From Vitrella brassicaformis CCMP3155 (Eukaryota > Protista > Chromerida): 64,000 nt of DNA. The stretch is from positions 55,525 to 119,524 of the forward strand of contig CDMY01000327.1 of assembly GCA_001179505.1 (NCBI GenBank), written 5' to 3'. The notes beneath the pieces are model-generated. The model did not search any database, was not told the origin of the DNA, and saw only the letters and a program-made list of their open reading frames with translations. Every line of letters begins with the position of its first letter. The stretch's first letter is position 1. The position numbers and the translations under genes are program-made. Positions 63,671 through 64,000 of this stretch are shown piece by piece.

Positions 63671-64000
63671 CCTCGCCCACAATCCTCAACAGTCAACTGG
63701 CTAATGACAGATTAGCAGCGGTTCAGCCTTCGCTCCTTCGTTCCAGTTTCCCTTCAAGGCGTGCCTTTCCACTTCAAGCTCGCACCAGTTGCCATCAATC
63801 CCGAGCTGTGGCTTTTGCCCCTTCGGCTGGCACTCCGCCCCCCCATCTGACGTTCTTCTGTCTCAATATCCAGAACTTGCATGCCAAGTTTTGTGACTAT
63901 GGGGACTTACTGGATGACATGTGTATGTGGGACGCTCATAGGCGTGTACGGTATGACTTTTTGATCTTTCTCGAGACGCACCATGATGACGCAGACCCAC

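Noticed and set aside
1-64000. CRISPR arrays, transposases/retroelements, rRNA, tRNA
   Set aside because: No repeat-spacer arrays, RT/integrase/transposase motifs or tRNA/rRNA signatures were recognised; the repeats are microsatellites or local gene duplications.

Overview
Eukaryotic nuclear DNA: GC-rich and gene-dense, with many short GT-AG introns and (TG)n, (CA)n, (TGGA)n, (CAGA)n and (GCCT)n microsatellites. Intron style, a plastid-type bipartite leader on an FeSOD, flagellar DRC1 and divergent lineage-specific gene families suggest a chromerid alveolate such as Vitrella brassicaformis (inference). I reconstructed about 23 spliced protein-coding genes by hand. Recognisable products: sushi-domain membrane protein, SMYD methyltransferase, C3H zinc-finger protein, RING+FKBP-like protein, kinesin, ARGLU1-like protein, ZIP transporter, XRCC2, TPR/dual-specificity phosphatase, DRC1, nitrate-reductase-type molybdoenzyme, saccharopine dehydrogenase-like protein, FeSOD, RPSA and SRP receptor alpha. 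I saw no rRNA, tRNA, CRISPR array or autonomous transposon. Most notable: (1) a nitrate-reductase-type Moco/dimerisation protein with no haem or FAD domain that ends in a putative C-terminal membrane anchor; (2) almost perfect strand alternation of genes, with telomere-like AAACCCT motifs in several divergent spacers; (3) duplicated terminal FKBP-like exons on a RING gene; (4) an orphan TPR exon that is frame-compatible with the upstream gene. Gene boundaries are manual splice inferences; several starts and ends are approximate.
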